DNA of 63,117 bases, the filler included, from Octopus bimaculoides (lineage: Eukaryota), in NCBI RefSeq assembly GCF_001194135.2. It is 4 parts of 3 records of this genome, joined end to end, with 100 filler letters (N's around TTAATTAATTAA, not from the genome) between each part and the next. Parts side by side here need not be neighbours in the genome. Positions count along the whole stretch, not along the records: positions 61,914 to 63,117 come from NW_026379662.1; 3 more parts are not named here. One strand, written 5' to 3'. The position numbers were made by a program, and so were the translations under genes. Shown here piece by piece: positions 61,985 to 63,117 of this stretch. The notes below the pieces were generated by a model. The model was not told the origin of the DNA, searched no databases, and worked only from the letters and a program-made list of their open reading frames with translations. Every line of letters begins with the position of its first letter. Positions within the stretch are counted from its first letter, which is position 1.

Positions 61985-62096
61985 TTGACAAGTCAACAGA
62001 CGGCTGAAATCACGTGAGCTGAGGTGGCGGGGATTTATCACACCGCTAGTGATATAAACAAGAACGTGCACCGAAAGCCAATACGAGAGTTTCTAA
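61985..62096 (+). mobile_element. Diverged single arm related to the 23816-24395 palindrome
   Basis: Shared GAAATCACGTGA, CCGCT.GT.ATATAAACAA, CGTGCA and GAGAGTTTCT in the same order. Confidence 0.6.
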
Positions 62097-62505
62097 GGGA
62101 CTTAGGGACTTAAGGTACGATATTGCTCCAAACTAAATATCAAAGAAGCATTAAAAATCTTAAGAATCTGTACAAAATACATTATATTCATGTATAGTCG
62201 TGTAGTGAGTATATGTGTGTGTGTATAGATAGATAGATAAATGAGTGATATATATATATACATGTGCACATATATTTATATGTCTATATATTTATTTGTC
62301 TATATATATGCGCACATATTTATATGTCTATACACACTCATATACAGATATATTTGTATGTATATATATGTATGTGTTTATATGTATAAGCGTATCTAAA
62401 CACGCGCGACCACATTCACAGGAACACAGACACATACACACACATATCTATATATATATAGCGACACGCATACGTATATAAATAGAGTGAAAGAGACAGA
62501 CCGAC

Positions 62506-62514
62506 AGATAGATC

Positions 62515-62565
<51 letters not shown>
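62506..62565. repeat. (GATA)n microsatellite
   Basis: Direct observation. Confidence 0.95.
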
Positions 62566-62566
<1 letters not shown>

Positions 62567-63117
62567 TGCGCATGCACATACATATATGTATATCTGTATG
62601 CATAAGCGCGCGCACACGTTTACATACATCCATCTATCAACACACACGCACACACACACACAGAACCATATGTATACATACATACACTTGTATATGTATG
62701 TGCGAGTGTATGTGTGTGTATATATTCTCTGTGTGCCTGTCATGTGGTGCCGTGTGATGTTTGAAGACATAACCGAATTCATTTAATATTTAATGGAAGA
62801 CACAAAGCAACGACCGTAAGATACTAAGCATTCACTAGCACCACGAATACAATATGTCTTCCCTTCTTAATTATGTTTTTCAATCTCTGTTCCTGTTTAT
62901 CTTTTAAACAAACGATAATATTTTATCAGACACCCATTACAGCGCACACGCACACGCGCACGCACATACACACGCAAACACTTACACACAAACGCTCACG
63001 CACGCTCAAACATACATACTCATACACGCGCGCGCATATGCGTACATACAGCCACAGATACCTACTTAATTACATACATGCATACATACAGAGGTACGTA
63101 CCTACGTACATACATAC

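Overview
AT-rich, microsatellite-saturated eukaryotic non-coding DNA with many N-gaps. The SINE families and repeat content look like an octopus (coleoid cephalopod) genome; this is my recollection-based inference, not a database result. I cannot support any intact host protein-coding gene, tRNA, rRNA or CRISPR array. The long ORFs in the track are artefacts of N-runs and microsatellites. The window is a dense transposon graveyard. It holds one full-length but mutated Tigger/pogo element with TIRs and TA TSD (33482-35836) and an internally deleted Gypsy element with PPT and TATA TSD (38640-41818). It also holds further Gypsy-type LTR/PBS/PPT pieces, a Helitron cluster (46.9-50.0 kb), and fragments of Penelope, R4/Dong-like, RTE, CR1, MULE, mariner and Tc1-like elements. 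There are hAT MITEs with 8-bp TSDs, a 580-bp near-perfect palindrome, four tRNA-type SINE families and an ~800-bp local duplication. Three 100-bp N44-TTAATTAATTAA-N44 linkers are artificial joins. The most notable observations are the scrambled Helitron Rep/helicase order, head-to-tail R4/Dong-like copies in TAA repeats, a PBS behind a 3' LTR, and the long fold-back. Three weak candidate micro-exons on the + strand are reported as findings only. I did not find evidence of a genuinely new biological system. Coordinates of degraded fragments are approximate.
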